From a virus (lineage: Duplodnaviria; Caudoviricetes): 36,418 bases of DNA. Location: IMG/VR virus record IMGVR_UViG_3300017912_003008, positions 1-36,418 of that record. One strand, written 5' to 3'. Each line of letters opens with the position of its first letter. The first letter of the stretch is position 1. The position numbers and the translations under genes were made by a program. The notes under the pieces are model-generated. The model saw only the letters and a program-made list of their open reading frames with translations, made no database searches and was not told where the DNA came from. Of this stretch, positions 1 through 10,200 are shown piece by piece.

Positions 1-1
1 G

Positions 2-184
2 AAGAAACATTTACAAGAAAAGTATCAGAAGTTTAAGAACAGGCGTAAAGTTACAGCCGTACCTAAAGCAGACGATACACAACCAAATAATCCTCTGGAT
101 AACCCTCTTAGTAAAGAAAGTCTAAGGAAGTTGGCAGAGGAAACCAAAGCAAAAAGAAACGCAGAAAATAGGAGCGCAGTTTAA
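2..184 (+). CDS. 3' end of an upstream gene (partial), KKHLQEKYQKFKNRRK...ENRSAV*
   Basis: Open frame from position 2 to TAA at 182-184, 3 nt before the RNR start. Function not assignable from this fragment. Confidence 0.6.
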   Translation, partial: KKHLQEKYQKFKNRRKVTAVPKADDTQPNNPLDNPLSKESLRKLAEETKAKRNAENRSAV

Positions 185-187
185 AAA

Positions 188-2065
188 ATGAGCGAACAAG
201 ATCTATCAACAAGAATTCTATCTGATATTACGGTTTACATGAAATATGCTAGGTACTTGCCTGAAGTAAAACGCAGAGAAACGTGGCAAGAACTAGTTGA
301 TCGCAATATGCAAATGCATATTAAAAAGTATCCGAAACTTAAGAAAGAAATTGAAGAGACATATCAATTCGTATATGACAAAAAAGTCTTGCCCTCAATG
401 CGCTCTATGCAGTTTGGTGGCAGACCAATTGAGATCGCTCCAAACAGAATTTTTAACTGTGCTTACTTACCTGTTGATGACTGGAGGGCTTTCGGTGAAA
501 TTATGTTCCTCCTACTAGGCGGAACTGGTGTTGGCTTCTCAGTTCAAAACCATCACGTTGAGAGTCTTCCAGAGATTCAAAAGCCAAACCCTAACCGCAC
601 TCGGAGGTACCTAATCAATGATAGTATTGAAGGATGGGCTGATGCCGTCAAATATCTTATCCGCAGCTACTTCTTTGGTGGCTCAAAGCTACGATTTGAT
701 TTTAGTGATATTCGCCCTAAAGGTGCTCGCCTTGTAACTTCTGGCGGAAAGGCTCCAGGCCCTCAGCCACTAAAAGAGTGCTTGGTTAAAATTGAAGGGA
801 TGCTTGCTGAAAAGGAGAACGGTGACAAACTAACTCCCATTGAAGTGCACGATATTGTTTGTCATGTTGCTGATGCAGTTCTAGCAGGTGGTATTCGCCG
901 TGCTGCTCTTATCTCTTTGTTCTCAGCAGATGACCAAGAGATGATCGCTGCTAAGTCAGGCAACTGGTGGGAAACCAACCCACAGCGAGGTAGAGCCAAT
1001 AACTCTGTTGTATTGCTTCGTCACAAGGTAGAAGAAGAATTCTTTAACGCTTTGTGGGAACGAATTGAAGCATCAGGTGCAGGTGAGCCAGGCTTCTACC
1101 TTTCCAATGACAAAGACTGGGGAACTAACCCATGCTGTGAAATTGCTCTGCGACCATACCAGTTCTGCAACCTAACAGAGGTGAACGTCAGCAATATCAC
1201 AGGACAAGAAGACCTTGAGGAGCGTGTCCGTGCAGCAGCATTTATTGGAACTCTTCAAGCTGGATACACAGACTTCCACTATCTACGACCAGTATGGCAG
1301 CGCACCACAGAGCGTGACGCACTCATCGGTGTCTCACTAACTGGTATCGCATCAGGTCGTGTCCTAGGAGAAGATGTATCACTTAAGACCGCAGCTAACA
1401 TCGTGAAGCAAGAAAACCAACGAGTAGCCGAATTGATTGGAATCCGAAAGGCTAACCGCACAACCTGCGTCAAGCCAGCAGGAACAACCAGTCTAACACT
1501 CGGTACTTCCAGCGGTATTCACGCTTGGCACAACGACTACTACATTCGTCGTATCCGTGTCGGTAAGAATGAGCCAATCTACTGGCACCTGGCTGTCAAC
1601 CATCCAGAACTAGTAGAAGATGATTACTTTCGTGCCCACGACACAGCAGTCATTTCTATTCCACAGAAAGCTCCAGAGGGTGCAATCCTAAGAACAGAAA
1701 GTGCATTTGATCTACTCAAGAGAATCCAGAAGATTACCACAGAGTGGATTCGCACGGGACACCGTAGCGGACAGAACACACACAATGTTTCTGCTACTGT
1801 ATCTATCAAGTCTGACGAGTGGGGCAAAGTTGGTGAGTGGATGTGGAAGAATAAGAAGGCATACAACGGTCTTTCAGTTCTACCACATGATGACAACGAG
1901 CACACATATGTTCAAGCTCCGTTTGAGAACTGCACTAAAGAAAAGTATGAAGAGATGATGAAGGCTCTCTTGTCGGTTGACCTCACTAAGATTATTGAGG
2001 AAGAAGACAATACTGATCTTAAGGGCGAAGCGGCTTGTGCTGGTGGCGCTTGCGAAATCACCTAA
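188..2065 (+). CDS. nrdJ: Class II (adenosylcobalamin-dependent) ribonucleotide reductase, monomeric RTPR type
   Basis: Motifs FNCAY, TNPCCEI (thiyl-radical Cys), QFCNLTEVN, TTCVKPAGTTS and C-terminal redox pair ACAGGACEI; 625 aa; no small subunit gene next to it. Confidence 0.92.
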   Translation: MSEQDLSTRILSDITVYMKYARYLPEVKRRETWQELVDRNMQMHIKKYPKLKKEIEETYQFVYDKKVLPSMRSMQFGGRPIEIAPNRIFNCAYLPVDDWRAFGEIMFLLLGGTGVGFSVQNHHVESLPEIQKPNPNRTRRYLINDSIEGWADAVKYLIRSYFFGGSKLRFDFSDIRPKGARLVTSGGKAPGPQPLKECLVKIEGMLAEKENGDKLTPIEVHDIVCHVADAVLAGGIRRAALISLFSADDQEMIAAKSGNWWETNPQRGRANNSVVLLRHKVEEEFFNALWERIEASGAGEPGFYLSNDKDWGTNPCCEIALRPYQFCNLTEVNVSNITGQEDLEERVRAAAFIGTLQAGYTDFHYLRPVWQRTTERDALIGVSLTGIASGRVLGEDVSLKTAANIVKQENQRVAELIGIRKANRTTCVKPAGTTSLTLGTSSGIHAWHNDYYIRRIRVGKNEPIYWHLAVNHPELVEDDYFRAHDTAVISIPQKAPEGAILRTESAFDLLKRIQKITTEWIRTGHRSGQNTHNVSATVSIKSDEWGKVGEWMWKNKKAYNGLSVLPHDDNEHTYVQAPFENCTKEKYEEMMKALLSVDLTKIIEEEDNTDLKGEAACAGGACEIT

Positions 2066-2069
2066 AAGC

Positions 2070-2097
2070 TTAACAAGAGAAGTATATACGATATAAT
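2070..2097 (+). promoter_or_regulatory. Sigma70-like promoter
   Basis: TTAACA (2070-2075), 16 nt spacer, TATAAT (2092-2097); intergenic, upstream of an RBS and the ATG at 2119. Confidence 0.55.
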
Positions 2098-2118
2098 CAA
2101 AATAGAAAGGGTTGTATC

Positions 2119-2352
2119 ATGAGCAAAACTTTAAACCACATCATGCCTGTTAATGCAGCTAATGGCTTGTGTGAACGGGAAGACAAAAACAAAGTACAAC
2201 ATCGCTGGCTACCCAGTGGTCAGTCCCGTGCTCTCCCTGGAATGCATGTGGGGGTTGAGTGCTATTGTAAACACTGTGGAGAGCGAGAGTGGGGCACTGT
2301 GAGTCATCACGAATTTGTATCATTAACTGAAGCTTGGAAAGAATTACAATGA
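2119..2352 (+). CDS. Small hypothetical protein, possible Zn-ribbon
   Basis: GAAAGG RBS; Cys/His pattern C..H..CYCKHC; ATGA overlap with the next gene. Confidence 0.65.
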   Translation: MSKTLNHIMPVNAANGLCEREDKNKVQHRWLPSGQSRALPGMHVGVECYCKHCGEREWGTVSHHEFVSLTEAWKELQ

Positions 2353-2606
2353 GACCAGTCAATAGAAGATTACTTGTAGAACTATTTGAAGAGGAAGAAG
2401 AAACGCCAGTCTTTATCTTGCCAGAGGACTTTCAAGAGAAGTCGCACAGATCATATAAGATTTTAGCTACTGCAAACGATTGTAGCATGGACTTGAAGGT
2501 TGGAGAGGTTGTTGTTGCACATACCTCAGACCCAGAGAGAATTGTGTTTGAAGGCAACGAACATTTACTATTGTTAGAGAATCGTGTTGTCTGTGTAGTA
2601 GACTAA
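2349..2606 (+). CDS. groES: GroES/Cpn10-like co-chaperonin
   Basis: MRPVNRRLLVE...FILPE...LKVGEVVV...FEGNEHLLLLENRVVCVV follows the Cpn10 pattern. Start moved to ATG 2349 (ATGA overlap). Confidence 0.75.
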   Translation: MRPVNRRLLVELFEEEEETPVFILPEDFQEKSHRSYKILATANDCSMDLKVGEVVVAHTSDPERIVFEGNEHLLLLENRVVCVVD

Positions 2607-3862
2607 GGCCCAACGCATAAGTCTTCAAAGATAGCTCTAATCTGATAGAACACTGTTTCTGAATTGGCGGTTGGTGTGTAGAGCCTGTCTCTTTCTCCGT
2701 TGACGCAATCTAAGAAACTCCTATGGTGTTCCTCTAGGGCAAACACAAACAATTCGTATCCATAGTTGTGAGCGTGGGTTGCTACTTCTAGGCAAGTCAT
2801 TGATGTGATTGTCTGGGCTATTTCATCAGTCATTGTGATAACAACTTTTTGTGCTTCTGGTCTCCACGAAAATGGATACCTGTTCATTGCCCAGTACATC
2901 GTATCAATGGTTGGCTCCTGACCAGCACTATCAATCATCCTGCCAGCTTCTAGCATTGCTAAGAACTCATTAGCGGGAACAAAGTCAGAGACCATTCTAG
3001 AATATAAATTATGCGGTCTTATGTCATCGCCCTGTCTAGCACCCACAACAACTAGTCCAAAACGAAATCTGCTTGTTATCGGATCATCTAAAAGCGGACT
3101 TATACCCAGTATCATTGACTCTATCTCATCATCAAACGATCCAGATATATCAAGAACAAAAACTAAATCCACACCACGAGTATCAAACCCTTCGTCTACC
3201 TCTCCGTCACAATCGTTGTCTAGGTCATCACAACGCTCAGCAGTCGGTAACACTTGACCGTCGCATGGTCCATCAAAGCTGCCTTCAGTGCAATAGCGAA
3301 TACCAGCACGGCACTCACCTACAGCAAGGGTACCTTCTGGACCCTCATAACAGACAACGGCTGTAGCGTTTGCTATTCCTTCATCTACTGTTCCATTGCA
3401 GTTATTGTCTAGACCATCACAAACTTCATCAGCAGGCCCTGTGTGTCCATCACAATATAGGACGCCATTGTAGCAAGTCATGACGCCTGGCTTACATATG
3501 CCAACACCATAGTCTACATCTTCTTCAAAACCACAAAGCTGATGCTCTTCTGGATAGGACTCGTCAATGGCAGCATCACAGTCATTGTCAATACCATCAC
3601 AGACTTCTTCTTCTGGACCTTTAGCTCCAATGCAGTCAGACCAACCTCTCATTGTGCAAGTCCTTAATCCGTAGGAACATTGCCCAGTTCTTTCAGGGAT
3701 CTCAGTTGGATCAGCAGATGGAAAGTTTTTTCCAAATTCATTGCAGACAAGTTGTTCGCCTGGGACGCAATCAAGTTTGACTAGCTGGTCGTCATCTAGA
3801 CACCCACTAAATAATACGAAAGGAATAAGAAATATTACTTGTTTTGCACTGATTCTAAACAT
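2603..3862 (-). CDS. Lipoprotein with Cys/Asp-rich CDGxDNDCDG repeats and a C-terminal vWA domain
   Basis: Lipobox-like LFSGC; three repeats EVCDGIDNDCDAAIDE, EVCDGLDNNCNGTVDE, ERCDDLDNDCDGEVDE; vWA MIDAS motif DLVFVLDISGS and VITMTDE. Confidence 0.85.
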   Translation of the reverse strand: MFRISAKQVIFLIPFVLFSGCLDDDQLVKLDCVPGEQLVCNEFGKNFPSADPTEIPERTGQCSYGLRTCTMRGWSDCIGAKGPEEEVCDGIDNDCDAAIDESYPEEHQLCGFEEDVDYGVGICKPGVMTCYNGVLYCDGHTGPADEVCDGLDNNCNGTVDEGIANATAVVCYEGPEGTLAVGECRAGIRYCTEGSFDGPCDGQVLPTAERCDDLDNDCDGEVDEGFDTRGVDLVFVLDISGSFDDEIESMILGISPLLDDPITSRFRFGLVVVGARQGDDIRPHNLYSRMVSDFVPANEFLAMLEAGRMIDSAGQEPTIDTMYWAMNRYPFSWRPEAQKVVITMTDEIAQTITSMTCLEVATHAHNYGYELFVFALEEHHRSFLDCVNGERDRLYTPTANSETVFYQIRAIFEDLCVGP

Positions 3863-4287
3863 TCTGATCTACTATTGAACATGTGTATATTTAACATGTC
3901 ACTACCAAGCCAGCTAAACGTTGCTTTCTTCAGAGGCAAGTCAGATGGCATAGATGTAGTCAGAACAACGGGCACAGACATACCAGGTAGATTGAAAGCC
4001 ATTATTAGCTCTTTTCCTTTAGTAACCTGTATAACACCAGGCAAGGCACCTGCCCTAGTAGCACTAGGTATGCCAATCGCCATGCGAGTCATAGAGTTTT
4101 CTTCTTTTGTTAGGATATCAAGTGTGTGTAGCACCCAGAGGCAGTTACTTTTTTGACCAGCAAGGTAATAAACACTTTGCTTAGGAATAACAATCTCTAT
4201 TTTGGGTTCTCTATTGGCGAGGTAATAGATTGCAGCAGTTAGCACGGCTGCTGTTGCTAGTAGAAAGATATTAGATTTTCTAAGCAT
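3835..4287 (-). CDS. Hypothetical protein with N-terminal membrane anchor
   Basis: Hydrophobic IFLLATAAVLTAAIYYL; co-oriented with the flanking minus-strand genes. Confidence 0.65.
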   Translation of the reverse strand: MLRKSNIFLLATAAVLTAAIYYLANREPKIEIVIPKQSVYYLAGQKSNCLWVLHTLDILTKEENSMTRMAIGIPSATRAGALPGVIQVTKGKELIMAFNLPGMSVPVVLTTSMPSDLPLKKATFSWLGSDMLNIHMFNSRSECLESVQNK

Positions 4288-4302
4288 CTAAATACGATAA
4301 AC

Positions 4303-4587
4303 TTACTTGCCACTATAAGTTATAAATGGTAGTTTAGTTATCTCCTCTCGTAAAGGCTTGGATTTCTCTATGTTCAAAAGAGACTTGCCCTTTACAAGAG
4401 TAACTAGTACTTGATTTTGAATCTTAATGTCCTTTTCGGTGTATTTCCAGCCACCTTTTGTGGCTTCTTCCCATACTTCCTGGATAATTTGAGCACCTGC
4501 ATCGCTTGGTCCTGCATCGTTTGCTAGTGCGGCTGTTGGTGCGAGAAGAAAGAAACTAAAACTAAATAAAACGCTCTTATAAATCAT
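4303..4587 (-). CDS. Hypothetical secreted protein
   Basis: Signal-peptide-like N-terminus ending in ALA|ND. Confidence 0.6.
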   Translation of the reverse strand: MIYKSVLFSFSFFLLAPTAALANDAGPSDAGAQIIQEVWEEATKGGWKYTEKDIKIQNQVLVTLVKGKSLLNIEKSKPLREEITKLPFITYSGK

Positions 4588-4679
4588 AACTTGTTAGATT
4601 CCTAGTTTATTTTATGGACAAAAGCCCAAATTCACCTGTAACTAGTAAACGAAACCTTAAAACGCCTCATATTTACTGT

Positions 4680-5543
4680 ATGAGTACTAAGAAAGCAATA
4701 CGCAATTTGGTTTACTTTATAGTTCTATTACAAGTTGGCTGTTCAACAACCAGCGCAAGCTCTCCGAAGCATCCAGTTAGATCTGCGCAGACACCTGTCA
4801 GCGAGAGAATGCCAAAGGAATCTTTCTTCAAGTTTCAGGTCGCCCAGGCAATTGAAGCTTGTATGAATTTGACGGATGACAAGAGAAAGTGTACAGTTGG
4901 TGTCGTGAAGCACACTTCATCAGGAGCCTTCATTGGTATAAGCGAAGTGAATAACGATATTGCATACGGCCTTACGGCGGGACACTCTTGTGAAGATAAG
5001 TTTACTAAGAAGTCATCAAGCACAGTTGCCTTTAAGGTAGTTTCTGCTGATTATGTCACACTAATGTTTAATGGCAAGCTTAGAAGTGCAGAGATCATTA
5101 GTTATGATATGAAGTCAGACTTGTGCTTGTTACGCATCAGCGGCTTCAAGGGTAATAGACCATCCTTCCTAAAGATAGCCAAGAACTTTCCCAAGTGGGG
5201 AGAGAAAGTGTATAACATGGCAGCACCCAGAGGAATATTTAATCCAGGTATGCTGTTACTGTTTGATGGTTACTACTCTGGTATAGGCTTTGATAACTAT
5301 ATGTTCTTTACACTGCCAACAAAACCAGGATCAAGTGGTTCGCCTATTATGAATGCCAAGGGAGAACTAGTATCAATGATCTTTGCTGGTTTCCCAGCGA
5401 TGGAGAACATTGGACTTGGCTCTAACCTTACAGCCATAAAGACTTTTGTCACTAACAAGATAGCTCTTTCAGAGGCTGACCTTTGGGCAAAGAAAAACCT
5501 CAATCAAAATAAAACAGAGACTACTACAACAGAGCCCAAATAA
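4680..5543 (+). CDS. Trypsin-like (S1) serine protease, probable lipoprotein
   Basis: Catalytic triad motifs TAGHSC, SDLCLL, PGSSGSP. A start at ATG 4680 gives a basic + hydrophobic signal ending LLQVGC. Confidence 0.85.
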   Translation: MSTKKAIRNLVYFIVLLQVGCSTTSASSPKHPVRSAQTPVSERMPKESFFKFQVAQAIEACMNLTDDKRKCTVGVVKHTSSGAFIGISEVNNDIAYGLTAGHSCEDKFTKKSSSTVAFKVVSADYVTLMFNGKLRSAEIISYDMKSDLCLLRISGFKGNRPSFLKIAKNFPKWGEKVYNMAAPRGIFNPGMLLLFDGYYSGIGFDNYMFFTLPTKPGSSGSPIMNAKGELVSMIFAGFPAMENIGLGSNLTAIKTFVTNKIALSEADLWAKKNLNQNKTETTTTEPK

Positions 5544-5560
5544 ATGATAGACTACCAGTT

Positions 5561-6031
5561 ATGGACAGAGAAAGACAAGCCTGGCAAGAAATAAAAGATA
5601 ATGCCTATGAGTCTATAAATGATTCACAGGTGTACGAGTATGATCTTCACCCTAGACCAACCGCCCAGCCAAACTATATTACTGCATTTATTTGGACAGT
5701 TATAGTTGCAGCTATGGTGTGTGCAATCTACACAGGCTTCCTACTGTTTTTGTTTAGTCAGAGTGGCATTGAAGATAATCTAAAGAGCGCCGCCAATCAC
5801 GCTATTATCAATTTAGAAAGAGTGATAGAAAGCCAGAACAAAGAAATTAAGTTACTCAGGCAACAGAACAAAAAGATACATGATTACTTGGAACTCTGGA
5901 CACCACTAGATCTTCAGAAGCAAAGAGAGATGTACGAAGGCAAAGACAAATCTCGTATAGAAGATAGCTTGTGGGATCTTGGTGCAGAGCTACCTCTGCA
6001 CTATAATCTTTGCCAGGAGGAGCCGCTATGA
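5561..6031 (+). CDS. Hypothetical membrane protein with coiled coil
   Basis: One long hydrophobic segment followed by a heptad-rich segment. Confidence 0.65.
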   Translation: MDRERQAWQEIKDNAYESINDSQVYEYDLHPRPTAQPNYITAFIWTVIVAAMVCAIYTGFLLFLFSQSGIEDNLKSAANHAIINLERVIESQNKEIKLLRQQNKKIHDYLELWTPLDLQKQREMYEGKDKSRIEDSLWDLGAELPLHYNLCQEEPL

Positions 6032-6828
6032 TTTTATTGCTAGCAATTCTTATAGGTTTAATTTTTATACACGAGATGGGGCACTATGTTGCTGGTCGCC
6101 TCAGCGGCTTTGGTATTGAAGAGTTTTCAATTGGCTTCGGTAGAGAACTAGCCAGCTTTAATGCTCTAGGCAATAAATGGAGTCTCAGGCTTATTCCACT
6201 TGGTGGTTATGTAAAGTTTGAAGGTGAGGACGACTATGCTAACCTAGCTGAAAGCAAAACCTCATTCTGGGGTAAGCATCCTCTACAGAGATTATTTGTT
6301 GCGCTTGCAGGACCAGCAGCCAATTTGCTTTTACCTTATGCCTTGTTCTTTGTCTACTTTCATGGTATGCCTTGGCCAGATGTCAAAGCACCTGATGGAT
6401 CGGAAGCAGGAACCATTAGCGCCTATTGGGCAGCGAAAGCTAGCGTAGCAACAACAAATAATATGTATTCTAGCATTGGTGACGCCATCAGTCAGCTTGG
6501 TGATCGTGGTATTAAAGCTACAGATGTTGGCGGACCAGTTGCAATATACGACATGACAGAACAAGCTAGGAAGCAATCATCAAATACAAATGACTATGGC
6601 TTCCTATATCAATGGATTGCGTTCCTGAGCATAAACATAGGCTTTATGAATTTGTTACCTATTCCTTTACTAGACGGCGGACATGTGATAATATCTATTG
6701 TGGAAACAGTCATGGGTAGGAATATTAATCTTAGGACGAGAAACATACTAACATACGCTGGTTTGGCTATTGTGGGAGCTATTATGGCTCTGGCGATATT
6801 CTCTGACATAGGAAGACTATTCTCTTAA
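6028..6828 (+). CDS. Site-2 (M50, RseP-like) intramembrane metalloprotease without a PDZ domain
   Basis: HEMGH, FSIGFG, IPLGGYVK, AGPAANL, NLLPIPLLDGG; GGAGGAG RBS before ATG 6028. Confidence 0.9.
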   Translation: MILLLAILIGLIFIHEMGHYVAGRLSGFGIEEFSIGFGRELASFNALGNKWSLRLIPLGGYVKFEGEDDYANLAESKTSFWGKHPLQRLFVALAGPAANLLLPYALFFVYFHGMPWPDVKAPDGSEAGTISAYWAAKASVATTNNMYSSIGDAISQLGDRGIKATDVGGPVAIYDMTEQARKQSSNTNDYGFLYQWIAFLSINIGFMNLLPIPLLDGGHVIISIVETVMGRNINLRTRNILTYAGLAIVGAIMALAIFSDIGRLFS

Positions 6829-6830
6829 CA

Positions 6831-6840
6831 ACTATTTATT
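6831..6840 (+). promoter_or_regulatory. Putative phage late-promoter motif ACTATTTATT
   Basis: Recurrent intergenic CTATTTA motif in the sense orientation, upstream of an AGGAG RBS. Confidence 0.55.
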
Positions 6841-6857
6841 AGTCAGGAGACGTGCAC

Positions 6858-7223
6858 ATGTCTGAAACAAACAACGAAAATGAAAAGCAGGAAGAAGTCA
6901 CTGACGACTTAATTCCTAAACCACCACCAAAGCTTGCACCTAGAGGCATCACTAGCTTCACCGTTTATAGAACACAGGATGAAACTGGTGTGTCTGGAGA
7001 GGGCGTAGTAATTGAGGGTGTTGTGATGGCAACAGGTCAATGTGTTGTCCACTGGCTCTACCCACCACCTCGTGGAGGTATTGCCATCTTTGATAGCATG
7101 AGTGACTTTGTGAAGGTTCACATCCAGCCACATCCAGCTAATCAAACTATTATAACATATCAAGACGGTCACAAAGAAGTATACGGCGAGAAGCCTGAAG
7201 AAGATCAAAAAGAAGAGTCTTGA
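6858..7223 (+). CDS. Hypothetical protein (DETGVSGEGVVIEGV motif)
   Basis: AGGAG RBS and clean ORF. The motif resembles an uncharacterised phage family as I recall it; function unknown. Confidence 0.75.
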   Translation: MSETNNENEKQEEVTDDLIPKPPPKLAPRGITSFTVYRTQDETGVSGEGVVIEGVVMATGQCVVHWLYPPPRGGIAIFDSMSDFVKVHIQPHPANQTIITYQDGHKEVYGEKPEEDQKEES

Positions 7224-7248
7224 CATTAAACACAATTTAATCTATAAT
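7220..7248 (+). promoter_or_regulatory. Consensus sigma70 promoter upstream of dnaE
   Basis: TTGACA (7220-7225), 17 nt spacer, TATAAT (7243-7248). Confidence 0.8.
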
Positions 7249-7275
7249 ACAGTCACAGGATAGAAAGGTTCCTAT

Positions 7276-10200
7276 ATGACTAAACGTATCGTTAGCAAGA
7301 TCCCGTTTGTGGGTCTTCATGCTCACTCTGGTCTTAGTGTATTTGATGGCTTAGGTATGCCAAGCGAGCATATGGACTTTGCCTATGAGAATGGCTTAGA
7401 TGCACACGCACTAACAGATCATGGGCATATGAATGGCTTGTCGTTCCAAGTAGAACACGCTAAGAAGATGTTGGCAGATGGGCGCAAGCTCAAGCCTATC
7501 TTTGGTTGTGAGGCATACTTTATTAAGTCACACAAGAAGTGGCGGCAGATGTATGAAGAGCACAAAGCCAATTCAAAGCGGCAGAAGAAAGAAGATTATG
7601 GGATGGTTATTGAGGATGAGAATGCCTCAAAGTCAAAGCGCCACAATCCATTAAATACCAGACGACATCTCGTAACAGTCGCACAGAACCACACAGGTTT
7701 GAACAATCTCTTCAAACTTATTTCAGACAGTTATCGTCCCGAAAATTTTTACCGTTACCCCCGTATTGACTTTGAGATGTTGGACAAATACAACGAGGGG
7801 CTCATTGTTACTTCGGCTTGTTTGGGTGGTCCTCTTGCAGGCGACTTTTGGCAGCACAGGGAATCAGGGCACCAAGCAGTCCTAGCAGCGATGAAGGATA
7901 CGATTGCACAGTTCAAGGAGATCTTCGGCGACAGATTTTACGGGGAGATCCAATGGAACAACATTGAAGAGCAGCACCTAGTTAATGACTTCATTATCCA
8001 AGCATGTATTGAGATGGGTGTAGAAGTTGTTAGCACAGCAGACAGTCACTACCCAAGGCCCGACCTATGGAAGGATCGGGAGATGTATAAGCGCATTGGG
8101 TGGGCAGGTAAAGCGCCTGCTTGGGAAGAGAATGCTAACTTGCTGCCAGAGAGTGTAGATGACATTGGCTACGAGTTGTATCCAAAGAACGGTGACCAGA
8201 TGTGGGAATCGTATCTTAAGTATTCAAAGCAGTCTAAGATTGAGTACAGCGACTCCTATGTGCGAGACAGTATTGAGCGCACACACCACATTGCCTTTGA
8301 TCGCATTGAAGACTTCCTGCCCAGCACCGAAGTTCGTCTACCAGAGTTTGTGATCCCAGAGGGCACCACAGCAATCCAAGCATTGACCAAGGATGCTTTG
8401 GCAGGGCTAAAAGATAAAGAGTTAACAGACCAAGTGTATGTTGACAGGCTTAAGTACGAACTGTCGGTTATTAAGGACCGAGGCTTTGCCCAGTACTTCC
8501 TAACAATGAAAGCGATCTCGGACAAAGCACAAGAGGATATGCTTGTTGGGCTAGGTCGTGGATCAGCGGCAGGCTCTCTACTATCTTATGTGCTAGACAT
8601 TACACAGGTTGACCCAATCAAGTATGGGTTGCAGTTTGAGAGATTCTTGACCAAAGGTGGCGCAGGGTACCCCGACATTGACTTTGATGTTGAAGAGCCT
8701 ATGGAGTTGAAAGAGCGCCTAGCAAGTGAGTGGGGTGAGACTACAGTCGTGCCTATCAGCAACTTCAACACACTCCAACTTCGTTCGCTTATTAAAGACA
8801 TTGGCAAGTTCTATGGCGTGCCGTTTACAGAAGTGAACAAAGTGACAAGCGTGATGATGGCGGAGGCTACGCCTAAAGCTAAAGCAGCACACGGGCAGAC
8901 GGCAGGCGTTTATACCCCTACGTTTGATGAGGTAAAAGAATATAGTGAAACGCTACAGGCATTCTTTGAAAAGTATCCCGCAATTGCTACGCACGTTGAT
9001 AACCTCTTCGGTAATGTTCGTAGTGTGAGTAGGCACGCTGGTGGCGTTGTGGTGGCAGAGAACCTAGACAGGCACATGCCACTAATCAACTCGGGTGGGG
9101 TGATGCAGACTCCATGGAGTGAGGGGCAGAACGTTCGTCACTTAGAGCCGCTTGGGTTTATTAAGTTTGACTTGTTGGGGCTATCAACGCTACGCATGAT
9201 TTCGGGTGCTATCCGTCACATCCTCAAGCGGCATCATGGGATTGAAGAGCCTACGTTCAAGCAGGTGAGGGAGTTCTATGATAAACACTTGCATCCTAAT
9301 GTGATTGACTTTGACGACCAGGCAGTCTGGAAGAATATCTTTCATGAGGGCAAGTGGGCAGGTATCTTCCAGATGACTAGTGGACCAGCACAGTCTTTCT
9401 GTCAAGAGGCAAAGCCAGAGTCGCTTATGGACTTTGCAGCTATTACGGCAATCTTCCGTCCTGGCCCGCTGTCTGCTAAGGCAGACAAGATGTATATTGC
9501 AAACAAGGGTAATCCAACACAAGTGACCTATGACCATCCTCTTATTGAAGAAGTGTTGGGTGATACGTATGGGCTACTGGTGTTCCAGGAACAGTTGGCT
9601 ATGTTGGCTCACAAGCTGGGAGATGACTTCTCACTAGACGAGGGTAACCTTCTCCGCAAAGTTCTCACTAAGAAGGGCACGGGCAAAGACAAAGTAAAAG
9701 ATAATCTCTACAACAAGTTCCTTAAGGGATGCAAGGACAAAGGTCTAGCAGAGGACAAAGCCAAAGACTTGTGGTCTAAGATGGAATACTTCTCAGGCTA
9801 TGGCTTCAACCTGTCACATGCCGTGTCCTATGGGGCAGTGTCCTTCCAGTGCGCTTGGCTAGCACACTATTACTCTACCGAGTGGATGGCAGCATTCCTT
9901 GACAAAGAACCAGAGAAGCGCAAGATGGCAGCGATCAACACAGCCAAGTCCTTTGGGTTTGAGATTGTCCCTGCTAGCGTCAACAAGTCGGGGATGGTTT
10001 GGGAGATCTCAGAGGATGGGCAAAAGCTTATCCAGCCGCTTACTGCTATCAAAGGCTTGGGTGTTGCAGCTATCCAGCAGGTCTTAGACAACAGGCCCTT
10101 CAATACAATTGAGGAGTTTCTATTCAATGAGAACATCACATACTCCAAGCTTAACAAGAAGGCATTAGATGTTCTAGTGAGAAGCAAGGCTCTAGATGAA

